Position numbers and translations under genes: made by a program
Origin: Vicinamibacteraceae bacterium
Lineage (GTDB): Bacteria > Planctomycetota > Phycisphaerae > Phycisphaerales > UBA5793
Length of the DNA: 64,000 nucleotides
Reading direction: 5' to 3'
NCBI GenBank assembly: GCA_011525805.1
Contig: WYBR01000096.1
Coordinates: 8,969 to 72,968, forward strand
The notes under the pieces: generated by a model
What the model saw: only the letters and a program-made list of their open reading frames with translations
Databases searched by the model: none
What the model was told of the DNA's origin: nothing
In this document: in pieces, positions 19,175 to 28,848 of the stretch
How the letters are laid out: the number at the start of each line of letters is the position of its first letter
Position numbering within the stretch: position 1 is the stretch's first letter

Positions 19175-20581
19175 ATGCTACAGGCCTTCCTCAATGTCTT
19201 CCGCATCCCCGAACTGAGGAACAAACTGCTCTTCACGATCGCGATGCTCGCGATCTACCGGATCGGTTTCTGGGTCCCGCTCTCGGGCGTCGATCAGTCG
19301 CGCCTCGCCGCCTTCTTCGAGTCCGCGAACCAGGAGTCGGGGGCGGCGCAGAAACTCACTCAGTACATCTCCACGTTCACGGGCGGCGATCTCGGCCAGT
19401 CCACGATCTTCGGCCTGGGCGTCATGCCCTACATTTCCGCCGCCATCATCTTCCAACTCCTCGCCTCCGCCTGGGAGCCGCTCAAGAAACTCCAGAAGGA
19501 AGGCCCGACCGGCCGCCAGAAAATCCAGGAGTGGACGCGCTACGCCACGATCGGCCTGTGCATCCTCCAGGGCTTCGGCTGGCTCACCTACATGCAGTCC
19601 CAGGGGCTGATCTACCCCGCCATCTCCGACAACCTCGGCCTGCTGTGGTCCTTCCGCATTCAGGGCGTCCTCGCGCTCGTCGCGGGCACCACCTTCCTCA
19701 TGTGGCTCGGCGAGCAGATCGACAAATACGGCTTGGGCAACGGCGTCTCGCTCATCATCACCGCCGGCATCCTCGCTCGAATGCCCGCCGCCGTCAACCT
19801 CGTCATCGCCGACTTCAGCCTCGACGCCACGAGCGGAGCGAAGTACGGCCCGCTCTCGATCATCTTCCTCGTCTGCGCGTTCGTCGCCGTCACCGCCGGC
19901 GCCATCGTCATTACCGTCGCGCAGCGCCGCATCCCCATCCAGCAGGCCAAACACACCCGCGGCCGCAAGGTCTACGGCGGGCAGAAGGCCTTCCTCCCCC
20001 TGCGCATCAACCACGGCGGCGTCATGCCCATCATCTTCGCCCAGTCGCTGATGATCTTCCCCTCCGTCGGCCTGAGCAGCCTCGCCCAACTCGGCCAGCG
20101 CAGCGACGTCGAATGGTGGCAGCGGCTCACCGACTTCCTCGGCCGCTCCTTCACGATGGGCAACTACCCCTACGTCGTCATCGAGATCCTCCTCATCTAT
20201 TTCTTCAGTTACTTCTGGACCACCGTCCAGTTCAACCCCAAGGAGATGTCCGAGCAGTTGCGCAACCACGGCTCGTTCATCCCGGGTCTGCGGCCGGGGC
20301 CGCGCACCGCGGAGTATCTCGAAACGGTCCTCGAGCGCGTGACCTACGTCGGCGCCGGCTTCCTCGCCATCATCGCCGTCATTCCCACGGTCGTCGCCAC
20401 GGGTCTGGGCATTCCCTGGGTCGTCTCGAGTTTCCTCGGAGGCACCGGTCTGCTCATCGTGGTGAGCGTCGGCCTCGACTTCGTCCAGCGCATCGAGGCG
20501 AACCTGCTCATGCGCAACTACGCCGGCTTCCTCGGCGGCACCGGCAGCGGCGACCGCATCCGCTCCAGCCGCGGCGCGTAG
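19175..20581 (+). CDS. secY: Preprotein translocase subunit SecY
   Basis: LGVMPYISAAII, WLGEQID..GLGNGVSL, GGVMPIIFA, IPGLRPG, GGTGLLIVV. Confidence 0.98.
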   Translation: MLQAFLNVFRIPELRNKLLFTIAMLAIYRIGFWVPLSGVDQSRLAAFFESANQESGAAQKLTQYISTFTGGDLGQSTIFGLGVMPYISAAIIFQLLASAWEPLKKLQKEGPTGRQKIQEWTRYATIGLCILQGFGWLTYMQSQGLIYPAISDNLGLLWSFRIQGVLALVAGTTFLMWLGEQIDKYGLGNGVSLIITAGILARMPAAVNLVIADFSLDATSGAKYGPLSIIFLVCAFVAVTAGAIVITVAQRRIPIQQAKHTRGRKVYGGQKAFLPLRINHGGVMPIIFAQSLMIFPSVGLSSLAQLGQRSDVEWWQRLTDFLGRSFTMGNYPYVVIEILLIYFFSYFWTTVQFNPKEMSEQLRNHGSFIPGLRPGPRTAEYLETVLERVTYVGAGFLAIIAVIPTVVATGLGIPWVVSSFLGGTGLLIVVSVGLDFVQRIEANLLMRNYAGFLGGTGSGDRIRSSRGA

Positions 20582-20681
20582 CGCATTCTGCCGCCGGCGC
20601 CGCGCCCCGGCGGAGTTCGATGGCGCAGGTGCAAGTGCGCACGATGTCCATTGAACTCCGCGACGCCGCCCGCACGCCCGT

Positions 20682-21091
20682 CATGCATCGACCCCAGAGC
20701 GGGTCCATGCATGGCACCACTCGAGAACGCCACGTCCCGAACTCCGCGCGTGGTGCCATGCTTCGCGGCTCTGAGCGAAGCATGGCGAACGGGCAGACGC
20801 AATCGTGCCCCCCCCTCGCCCCTCGGCACACGTCGCCCGCCCTCAGTCCAACTCAGGCCAGGGAAGCGGGTCGATGTGTGGCACCCTCACTTGATTCACC
20901 GCAGCAGAGTGGGCGCCACACAGCATCGCGCCAGCGTGCTGTGTGCGGGCGAGCAACGACGAACGAATTGAAGGAGCGATGGCCGCTTCTGCCCGCTGCA
21001 CTGCACTCTCGCTCAGAGCAGCGAGCGTGCAGTGGCACCCCTTCGCGCGCAGGGTGGCATCGATCGCCGCCGCTCTGGGCGGAGATCGATG
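20682..21091. repeat. Array of six alternating-orientation hairpin (REP/BIME-like) units
   Basis: Units CA-stem-loop-stem-TG-GCACC(C) at 20682, 20827 and 20999; reverse units at 20750, 20911 and 21052; loop CAGAGC/GCTCTG in four of them. Confidence 0.8.
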
Positions 21092-21267
21092 GCGAATGCG
21101 TCGCGAGACCAGACCGCAGCGCCGGCGAGGACGAAAGGCGACGCGGCATTCGAGAGCGGAGCCTCGAGTCGCCTCGACTCAAGGAAAAGCAAACCGGGCG
21201 GCGCCTGGGGGCGCCGCCCGGAGGAGGAATGCGTGCGTGTCGATGCGGCCTGGAGGGCCGCGTCGAA

Positions 21268-21885
21268 TCAGGCCCGGCGGCGGCGGGCGCCGCAAGCGAG
21301 GCCGGCAAGGCCGAGCAGCGCCAGCGAGGAAGGCGCCGGGATGTAGTTGATGTAGCCGGAGAAGGTGCGGGGCGAGAAGCGGCTGCCGCCGAACTCCGGC
21401 GCGCCGCGCGCCACATCGCTGAAAAGTGTCAGGTTGGCGTCGGAGAAGGTGGTCTGGTGGCCGCCGCTTCCCGTGCCGGTGTAGCGCACGCCGCCGATGA
21501 GCCCCTGGAAGAGGAATCCCGTCACTTCGCCGTGCGCGAGGGCGATCGGGTTGTTGAGAAAGAAACTGGTCGGGTTGGTCGTACCGGCGGAGAACGCATC
21601 GACCTCATCGACGATCGACCAGCCGTCAGACGTGCCGTCGAATCCGACGTAGGAGCCGGTGCGGCGCCAGACGCGCAGACGAACGGGGCCGTTCTCAGGC
21701 TCGCCCGAGACCATGCCGATTTCGATGACGGTGAGATTGCCGGACGTCGCCGTAAGATCGACGAACACTCCAGCCCCGTCTTCGCTGCGCCCGTTGTTGG
21801 GAGGCGCCGTGTTCAGGATGTCGGCCGAGGCCACGGTGGTCGCCAGCGCGAGCGCGGCGAACGACAGAAACGCCTTGCGAATCAT
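21268..21885 (-). CDS. PEP-CTERM-type (IPAP variant) exosortase target protein
   Basis: Signal peptide; C-terminal IPAPSSLALLGLAGLACGARRRRA. Confidence 0.9.
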   Translation of the reverse strand: MIRKAFLSFAALALATTVASADILNTAPPNNGRSEDGAGVFVDLTATSGNLTVIEIGMVSGEPENGPVRLRVWRRTGSYVGFDGTSDGWSIVDEVDAFSAGTTNPTSFFLNNPIALAHGEVTGFLFQGLIGGVRYTGTGSGGHQTTFSDANLTLFSDVARGAPEFGGSRFSPRTFSGYINYIPAPSSLALLGLAGLACGARRRRA

Positions 21886-22244
21886 GATTCCTCTTCCTCC
21901 TCAATCTGTTGCGCTCGGCGCGACGCCTGCACGGCCGCGAATGCGGATGGGACGTTCATTGGCGCCCGTCGAGCCCACGTCAGGCGGCGAGCGCCGCCCA
22001 CTCATTTCTCTCCTCGAGCCCCCGGACCCGGAGGCCCACGATGCTGCAAAGATAACCCAAGAACGCCGCCCGGACAAGTACAAATCCTGAAAATCGTCAG
22101 ATTTTGTTCGCAAGTGCTAAGGCCCGGCCGCCGTCGCGGTGGCCAGCCATGTGAAGCGTGCAAAAATGGGGACTCTGACGAAACCGGGAGGCCTCCGCCA
22201 GCGCCTCGCGATGGCCCGCCTCCACCCATATCGGGGAAGGGGGG

Positions 22245-24332
22245 TCAACTCGCCAGGTTCGTGATCAGGTTGAGCACGTCGTTGTAGAACGTCACGAGGA
22301 AGAGGCTTCCGATCAGCAACAGCCCGACCGCCGTCGCCGCGTTCTGCACCTGCACGCTGACGGGAGAGCCTTTGATCTTCTCGATGATGAGGAAGACCAT
22401 CAGTCCGCCGTCCACGATGGGAATCGGCAGGAAGTTGAGCACCGCGAGGTTGACGTTGATGACGCCGAGGAACAGCAGCAGGTACGGCAGCCCCTGGCCG
22501 GCGACGCGCGTCCCGAGTTCAGCGATGCCCACCGGCCCCTTCAACTGGTCCACCTTGATCGAGCCGCGCACCAGCCGATCGAGCGTCTGGTAGGTCGTGA
22601 TGATCATCTCCCACGTGCGCTCGAGGCCCATCGAGATCGCGGCGATCGGGTTGTCCGCCCGCTGCGTTTCGGTGAGGGGCTGAAAGATCGTCACGCTCAA
22701 CTGGCTGTGCCATTCAAGCGCCAGCACGGTGCGGGCCGCGTCCTGGTCGATCGACCACGTGAGCGGCTCGACCGGTCGGCCCGGTACGGGCAGTTCGCAC
22801 GAGATTTCGATGTCCGTGCGCGGCGAGTCCGGGTCGAGCGCGCCGCGAAGGGCCAGGAAGACCTCGCGCCACGTCGCGACCTCGCGGCCGCCGATCGAGG
22901 CGATGCGCGATCCCGGCATAAGGCGAGGCGCTGGGGACGGCGCCGGCCGCTCCGAGCCCGACCCGTCCGCGACGCCGCGCAGGGGAAACGAGTCGATCGC
23001 GTCGACGACGATCGGCGGCGCCATGGCGGGCATGTCAGTAAACGCGAAGCCCGCCCGCCCCGCCCGATCGACCGGCACGTCGAAATCGAGCTCGCGCCCC
23101 TCGCGAAGGACGGTCACGCGGCCCTTGGCGCGCGGCCTGAGGGCTCGCTGCAGTTCGTCGGATCGCAGCCACATCGCGCCGTCCGCTCCCACGATCACGT
23201 CGCCGGGCGCGATCCAATCCGCGGTTCGGCCCGGATCGACGTCGATCACCACCGGCGCCGGCACGAGGCCAAGGAGGTGGCGCACCGCGTACCACGAGCC
23301 GCCCTCCTCGATCTGCGAGAGCATGAAATCCGGATCGGGCCGCAACATGCCCCGGCTGACGGCGCCGGTCTCGGGATGCTCGAACGTGAGTTCAAGCGGC
23401 TTGCCCTCGGAGCGATCGATGGCGCGGCTGAGTTGCCAGACGGCGTCGATCTTCTCGCCGTTCACCTGCGCCAGGCGCAACCCCGGCGCGGGAGTGACGC
23501 CTTCCAGCCCCGCGAGGCGGAAGACCGTCTGCGCCTGCCGCTCGGCGGGCGACCCGGGCTTGTAGTCGAGCAGGGCGGCACTCTGCGTCGAGGCGATGCC
23601 CAGCGCCAAGAGGCGCGTCTCGCGGTCGGCCCGCGGCGCGAGGTCGAATGTCAGCCGCGTTCCGGCCCGATCCACCTCGATCCGCAGCGACTGCCCGGGC
23701 TTGGACACGGCCGCGGCAAGGAGAATCTGCTCGTAAGTCCGGATCGGCTTGCCGTTGATAGAGATAACTCGGTCGCCCGGCCGGATGCCCGGCCCCTCGA
23801 TGCCGTGCTCGGCGGCGTTGGTCGGCATGGTGACGGCGGCGAGGCTGTCGGGGCTGACGCCTCCGATCACGGGTACGAGGGTATCCACCCCCCACATGAA
23901 GCAGATCACGAAAAGAACCAGAGCAAAGATGATGTTCATGACCACGCCGGCGGAGACGACGCACATGCGGGCCCAGATCGGCCGGCTGCTGTAGGAGCGC
24001 GGGTCGTTGACCACCGCGGCCATGTCGAGGTCTTCCTGCCCGAGCATCTTGACGTACCCGCCGATGGGAAGGTAGTTGAGGCGGTACTCTGTCTCGCCAA
24101 AATCGCCCGCGCGCCCGCCGGCCTTGAGCCGCGCTTCGTACTCCGGCGCCGTCGTGCCGGAACGAAAGCCGATGCCCTTGCGCCACGACAGGAGCGCCGG
24201 ACCCATGCCGATGGCGAACTGCTCGACGCGGATGCCGACCCACTTGGCGACGGCAAAGTGCCCCAGTTCGTGAACGAAGATCACGAGGCTGAAGCCGATG
24301 ACCAAAAGGAGAAAGTCGAAGAAGGTGGACAT
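22245..24332 (-). CDS. rseP: RIP metalloprotease RseP (M50, multiple PDZ domains)
   Basis: HELGH, PIGGYVKM, AGVVMN, NFLPIPIVDGG; downstream of dxr. Confidence 0.93.
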   Translation of the reverse strand: MSTFFDFLLLVIGFSLVIFVHELGHFAVAKWVGIRVEQFAIGMGPALLSWRKGIGFRSGTTAPEYEARLKAGGRAGDFGETEYRLNYLPIGGYVKMLGQEDLDMAAVVNDPRSYSSRPIWARMCVVSAGVVMNIIFALVLFVICFMWGVDTLVPVIGGVSPDSLAAVTMPTNAAEHGIEGPGIRPGDRVISINGKPIRTYEQILLAAAVSKPGQSLRIEVDRAGTRLTFDLAPRADRETRLLALGIASTQSAALLDYKPGSPAERQAQTVFRLAGLEGVTPAPGLRLAQVNGEKIDAVWQLSRAIDRSEGKPLELTFEHPETGAVSRGMLRPDPDFMLSQIEEGGSWYAVRHLLGLVPAPVVIDVDPGRTADWIAPGDVIVGADGAMWLRSDELQRALRPRAKGRVTVLREGRELDFDVPVDRAGRAGFAFTDMPAMAPPIVVDAIDSFPLRGVADGSGSERPAPSPAPRLMPGSRIASIGGREVATWREVFLALRGALDPDSPRTDIEISCELPVPGRPVEPLTWSIDQDAARTVLALEWHSQLSVTIFQPLTETQRADNPIAAISMGLERTWEMIITTYQTLDRLVRGSIKVDQLKGPVGIAELGTRVAGQGLPYLLLFLGVINVNLAVLNFLPIPIVDGGLMVFLIIEKIKGSPVSVQVQNAATAVGLLLIGSLFLVTFYNDVLNLITNLAS

Positions 24333-24380
24333 GCCGTGGAGATCCCGTGCGGTTGACAGAGCATAGGCGGGCGGGGGCGG

Positions 24381-24800
24381 CTACTGGCCGACGGCGTCGA
24401 CCATCGTGTACAGCGGCGCGAGAAGGAGTAAAACCTGAGCGATGATCGACGCCAGCAGCGCCGTCGCCAGGGCCATGGCCAGAAGCGGCGCGCGGCGCAG
24501 CGCCGCGAACAACCCCGTCACGGCGATGGCGGCGAGCGGGACGGCGATCATCCAGCCCGAAACGACCTGGCCCGCGCGATCGCCCCCCATCCACTCCGAC
24601 GCCGCCAGCAGCCACCGCGTCGCGCGCGGCAACTCGAACTCGAACTCCGCGAACATCTCGCGGAACATCGGAACGATGAAGAGCAGCGCCGCCGTCTGCA
24701 CCGCGATCCACAGCCAGGCGAGCACGAGGCTGTACCAGAAGGTGAGACGGCGGACCACGGGGCGCGCCTGGCTCAGAACGTCATCGTGGGAACTCGTCAT
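24381..24800 (-). CDS. Small membrane protein resembling the TM segments of GspF/PilC
   Basis: LFIVPMFREMFAEFEFELPRATRWLL and C-terminal PLYTMVDAV; 3 TM helices. Confidence 0.6.
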   Translation of the reverse strand: MTSSHDDVLSQARPVVRRLTFWYSLVLAWLWIAVQTAALLFIVPMFREMFAEFEFELPRATRWLLAASEWMGGDRAGQVVSGWMIAVPLAAIAVTGLFAALRRAPLLAMALATALLASIIAQVLLLLAPLYTMVDAVGQ

Positions 24801-24809
24801 GGCCTCTCC

Positions 24810-26018
24810 TCAACGGGCGGCGGGAATCGGCGCGCCTAGAAGCGTGCGTACGTGCCCGCGGGCGCGCCGGTCCGCCTCGAAGACATCCTCGAGCGTGCGA
24901 ATCGGACTGACGGAGATTGCATCGAGCGCGTCCGCGGCGAGATCGGAGATGCGCCCGAAGGGGATACTCCCGGCGAGGAAGGCGGCGACGGCTTCCTCGT
25001 TGGCGGCGTTGAAGATGGCGCCGCCCGTGCCGCCGGCCCGCACGACCTGCCGCGCCAGCCGCAGCGCCGGAAACCGCTCTTCGTCGGGCGCTTCGAAGTC
25101 CAGCCGGCTCAGCGCCGTCCAGTCGATCCGGCGGGCGCACCCCTCCGGCCGCCGCGGCCAGGTGAGCGCGTACTGGATCGGCGCGCGCATGTCCGGCTGA
25201 CCGAGTTGCGCGAGCACCGAGCCGTCGTTGAACTCCACGAAACTGTGGATGATGGACTGCGCGTGGACGAGCACGTCGATGCGCTCGGCCTCGAGGCCAA
25301 AGAGCCAGTGGGCTTCGATTACTTCAAGGGCCTTGTTGGTCATTGAGGCGCTGTCGATGGTGATCTTCGGCCCCATCTTCCAGGTCGGGTGGCTCAGAGC
25401 CTCGTCAACCGTGGCGCAGGCAATTTGTTGGCGGGGCCAGGTCCGGAACGGCCCGCCCGAGGCCGTCAGCACGATGCGCCGGACCGTCGAGGTGTCCAAC
25501 CCGCGCTGATCGGCGCCGAGCGTCCGGGACTGAAGGCACTGAAAGATCGCGGAGTGCTCGGAGTCGACCGGGAGGATGTGCGAGCCGTGTCGTGCGGCGA
25601 GGGGCATGATGATCTCGCCGGCGGCGACGAGCGTTTCCTTGTTCGCCAGCGCGATGTCGCAGCCGCGCTCGATGGCCGCGGCGACGGCGGAGAGGCCGGC
25701 CGAGCCGACGACCGCCGCGACGACGACATCCGCCTCGACGGCCTCAACAAGCCGCCGCGCCGCGTCGGCTCCACTGAAAACGCGCATGCCGGAAGGGGCG
25801 CCCTGGGCCGCCTCGCGCGCCAGCGCCGCGTGCCGCACGCCGAAGCGCGCGGCCTGCTCGAAGAGCAGGGGCGCGTTGCCGCCGGCCGCGAGACCCACAA
25901 CCTCGAAGCAGCCGCGGTCGATCGCGTTGAGATGCTCGACGACCGCGAGCGTGCTCGTGCCGATCGAGCCGGTGGAGCCGAGGATGATGAGGCGTCTTGG
26001 TCGAGCGGCGTGATCCAT
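24810..26018 (-). CDS. dxr: 1-deoxy-D-xylulose-5-phosphate reductoisomerase
   Basis: LGSTGSIG, LANKE, PVDSEHSAIFQ, LTASGGPF, HPTWKMGPKITIDSA. Confidence 0.98.
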   Translation of the reverse strand: MDHAARPRRLIILGSTGSIGTSTLAVVEHLNAIDRGCFEVVGLAAGGNAPLLFEQAARFGVRHAALAREAAQGAPSGMRVFSGADAARRLVEAVEADVVVAAVVGSAGLSAVAAAIERGCDIALANKETLVAAGEIIMPLAARHGSHILPVDSEHSAIFQCLQSRTLGADQRGLDTSTVRRIVLTASGGPFRTWPRQQIACATVDEALSHPTWKMGPKITIDSASMTNKALEVIEAHWLFGLEAERIDVLVHAQSIIHSFVEFNDGSVLAQLGQPDMRAPIQYALTWPRRPEGCARRIDWTALSRLDFEAPDEERFPALRLARQVVRAGGTGGAIFNAANEEAVAAFLAGSIPFGRISDLAADALDAISVSPIRTLEDVFEADRRARGHVRTLLGAPIPAAR

Positions 26019-26024
26019 CCGCAA

Positions 26025-28541
26025 TTATCCCTCGTCCGCGGGGGCCACGCTCGCGAGTTCAGCCGGCGTGAGTCTTCGCCGGCTGCCGTAGAGTCGGCGG
26101 CGCGGCTTGGGGACGCCGACCTGCGGCGGGGCCGAAGCGTCGCTTCCCGAGGGTCCGCTCGCCGGACTCGACGCGGGCGGCGGTGTGGAGCGAGACGCGG
26201 CGGGAGCATCGCCTGCCCCGGCCGCTCCGGCCGACTTGCCGCCACGACGGCGGCGCTTCTTCTTGCGCGCCGGGGAGGCGCCATCGACCGCGGCCGCGTC
26301 GTCTGCGGACATCGCTTGACCGGCGGCCGGCGCCGGGGCGCGGGTCGGATCGCCGGCGGCGGCCGGTTGACGTTCACCATCCCCACCGCGCGCGCGGCGT
26401 CGGCGGCGCTTCTTCTTGCCTCGGATCACCGCTTCGCCGCCGCCGCCGGGGCGCTCTCCGTCCGAGGAAGTCCTCGAATCCGGCGGCGCTTGAGCGGACG
26501 ACTCCGGATCTGCCGGCGCCGCCTGGGCCGAGCCGCCGGCCGGGGCTGAAGCGCCTTCGGCTGCTGCGGCGCCCTCCGGACCCTGACCGGAAGCGGCGGC
26601 TCCCTTACCACGGCCGCGCCGACCGCGGCGCCGTCGCTTCTTCTTGCCCCCCGGTGCGCCTGGCGCCGGCAGCGCGTCGCCGTCGTCGCGGGATGCCGCG
26701 GCCGGGGACGCATCCGACCGGGGCGCGGCCGAACCGTCTGCCGCGACGCCGCCGGCCCCATCCCGCCCCTTCCTCGATCGTCGACGGCGGCGCTTGCGCC
26801 GCGGCGAGGCGTCGGCGTTGTCCGGAGGCGCCGTCTCGGCCGTCGTCCCCGTCTGCTCGGTCACCTCCACCTCGACTTCGTCGAGGTCGTCGGCGGGCTC
26901 GGCGAGCACCATCTCATGGACGGTGCGCGCCGGCGCGGAGGCCGGAGCCGCCGGCGGCGGCGGCGTGATCGCCACTTCTTTCGGGAACGAGGCGGCGAGC
27001 GTCGCCAGGTCGAGGTCCGTCCGGTGGTCGTCGTAGGCGTAGAAGTCGACGCGCGACGCCGGCAGGTCGAGGCTCACTCGGATGTCGATGCGCTTGCCCG
27101 TCTCCGTTTCGAGGGCGACGATGGCGCGGCGCTTGCGGCTGAGCAGGACGCCGGCCACGGGCTGGCTCACCGCCACCTCCAGCGAAGCCACCTTGGGATG
27201 CGCGATCCAGTTGGCCATGTCGCGCATCGCCTCGTTGGCGATCGAATCGGGCGTGGCGAGTTGCCCGCGTCCCTCGCACGTCGGGCAGGGGGTGAAATGC
27301 GCCTTGCGCAGCGGCGGACGCATGCGCTGCCGCGTCATCTCGATGAGGCCGAACTGACTGATGCGGAGAAACTCCGTCTTGGCCCGGTCGCGCTTGAGGT
27401 TCTCGCGCAGTCGCGTCTCGAGTTCGCGGCGGTGGGCGGCGGAGATCATGTCGATCGTGTCGAGGACGATCAGCCCGCCGAGGTCGCGCAGCCGCAGTTG
27501 CCGCGTGATCTCGTCGATGGCCTGCATGTTGGTGCGGAAGGCGGTCGTCTCCGCGTCGCGGAACTGCCTCATCCGGCCGGAGTTGACGTCGATCACGACC
27601 ATCGCCTCGGCCGAATCGATGATGATCGACCCGCCGCCGGGCAGCGGCACCTCGCGCGAGTGCGTGCTGCGCAACTGCTCCTCCACGCCGAAGCGGTGGA
27701 AGATCGGCACGCGGTCGCGATAGGCGACGACCTCGGGCCCCTTGCGCCGCGGCGCGACGATCTGGAGGAACTCGTTCACCCGCGCCAGCGCCTGCTCGTC
27801 GTCGATGACGATCTGCTCCAGGTCGGCCGTCGAGACGTCCCGGATCGTGCGGATGAGCAGGTCGGACTCGACGTAGAGTTCGCACGGCGCCTTGGCGCTG
27901 CCCCGCTGGCTGTCGATCGTCTTCCAGAGGCGCTGGAGGTAGGCAAGGTCGCGCTTGAGTTCGGTCTTGAGGGCGGTGAGGCCGGCGGTGCGGAGAATGA
28001 ACCCGAACCCCTCGGGCAGTTCGAGCGAATCGAGGATCTTGCGCATCTCCCGGCGCTGCTCGATGTCCTCGACCTTGCGCGAGACGCCGAGTTGCTCCAT
28101 GTGCGGCATCATGACGAGCAGGCGGCCGGGGATGGAGAGGTAACTCGTGAGGGTGGGGCCCTTGGTGCCGATGCCTTCCTTGAGCACCTGCACGAGGATT
28201 TCCTGGCCGCGCTTGAGACAGTGCTGGATGGGCGGGCGCTGGCGGTGGGGGGTCTTCTGGCCGACGGCTTCGGTCGTCTCCGCATCTTCGCCGGGGAAGT
28301 GCATCGGGTGGAGGTCGGAGACGTGGAGGAACCCGTTGCGCCCGACGCCGAAGTCGATGAAGGCGGCCTGGATGGCGGCCTCGACGTTGACGACCTTGCC
28401 GAGGTAGATGTTGCCGACGTGCAGGTCGTGGGCTTCGCGCTCGGTGTAAATCTCTTCGAGCCGGCCGTTCTCGAGGAGCGCGATGCGCGTTTCGTCGCCG
28501 GGGGAGTGGTTGACGATCAGTTGCTTCTTGACGGAGGACAT
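26025..28541 (-). CDS. rne: Ribonuclease E/G with long Arg-rich disordered C-terminus
   Basis: GNIYLGKV, QAAFIDFG, VIDVNSG, LRLRDLGGLIV, CPTCEGRG Zn-link. Confidence 0.95.
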   Translation of the reverse strand: MSSVKKQLIVNHSPGDETRIALLENGRLEEIYTEREAHDLHVGNIYLGKVVNVEAAIQAAFIDFGVGRNGFLHVSDLHPMHFPGEDAETTEAVGQKTPHRQRPPIQHCLKRGQEILVQVLKEGIGTKGPTLTSYLSIPGRLLVMMPHMEQLGVSRKVEDIEQRREMRKILDSLELPEGFGFILRTAGLTALKTELKRDLAYLQRLWKTIDSQRGSAKAPCELYVESDLLIRTIRDVSTADLEQIVIDDEQALARVNEFLQIVAPRRKGPEVVAYRDRVPIFHRFGVEEQLRSTHSREVPLPGGGSIIIDSAEAMVVIDVNSGRMRQFRDAETTAFRTNMQAIDEITRQLRLRDLGGLIVLDTIDMISAAHRRELETRLRENLKRDRAKTEFLRISQFGLIEMTRQRMRPPLRKAHFTPCPTCEGRGQLATPDSIANEAMRDMANWIAHPKVASLEVAVSQPVAGVLLSRKRRAIVALETETGKRIDIRVSLDLPASRVDFYAYDDHRTDLDLATLAASFPKEVAITPPPPAAPASAPARTVHEMVLAEPADDLDEVEVEVTEQTGTTAETAPPDNADASPRRKRRRRRSRKGRDGAGGVAADGSAAPRSDASPAAASRDDGDALPAPGAPGGKKKRRRRGRRGRGKGAAASGQGPEGAAAAEGASAPAGGSAQAAPADPESSAQAPPDSRTSSDGERPGGGGEAVIRGKKKRRRRRARGGDGERQPAAAGDPTRAPAPAAGQAMSADDAAAVDGASPARKKKRRRRGGKSAGAAGAGDAPAASRSTPPPASSPASGPSGSDASAPPQVGVPKPRRRLYGSRRRLTPAELASVAPADEG

Positions 28542-28848
28542 GGACCACAGGCTTTCAGCGTGGTCAATCGGGTGAAGCGCCGGGGCGGCTCGGAGAAGAG
28601 GTGGGGAGGCGGGCGCAACGCGCCGGGCGAATCAGGCTCGCTCGGCAGGTCTGATTGTGCGCTCGGCACGACCATCGGCCATCCGTCCGCCCTTGCGGGC
28701 GCTGCTCGATTGTCGCTGCGGCGTCAGCACTGGCCCTTCTGAGAGGCCGGGCCGGAGGTGCTCGGCAACGGGCCGCGAGGGCCACGCGCGAACGATCCGG
28801 CGATTTGACAGCACGCAGCAGGCGTGTTTCAGACGAGGGGGCGAGCCG

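Noticed and set aside
19531-22287. 918-aa ORF overlapping secY
   Set aside because: Off-frame shadow ORF in GC-rich DNA; Arg/Pro-rich and overlapping two real genes
26025-26900. Low-complexity Arg/Ala-rich repeats
   Set aside because: Ordinary disordered C-terminal region of RNase E
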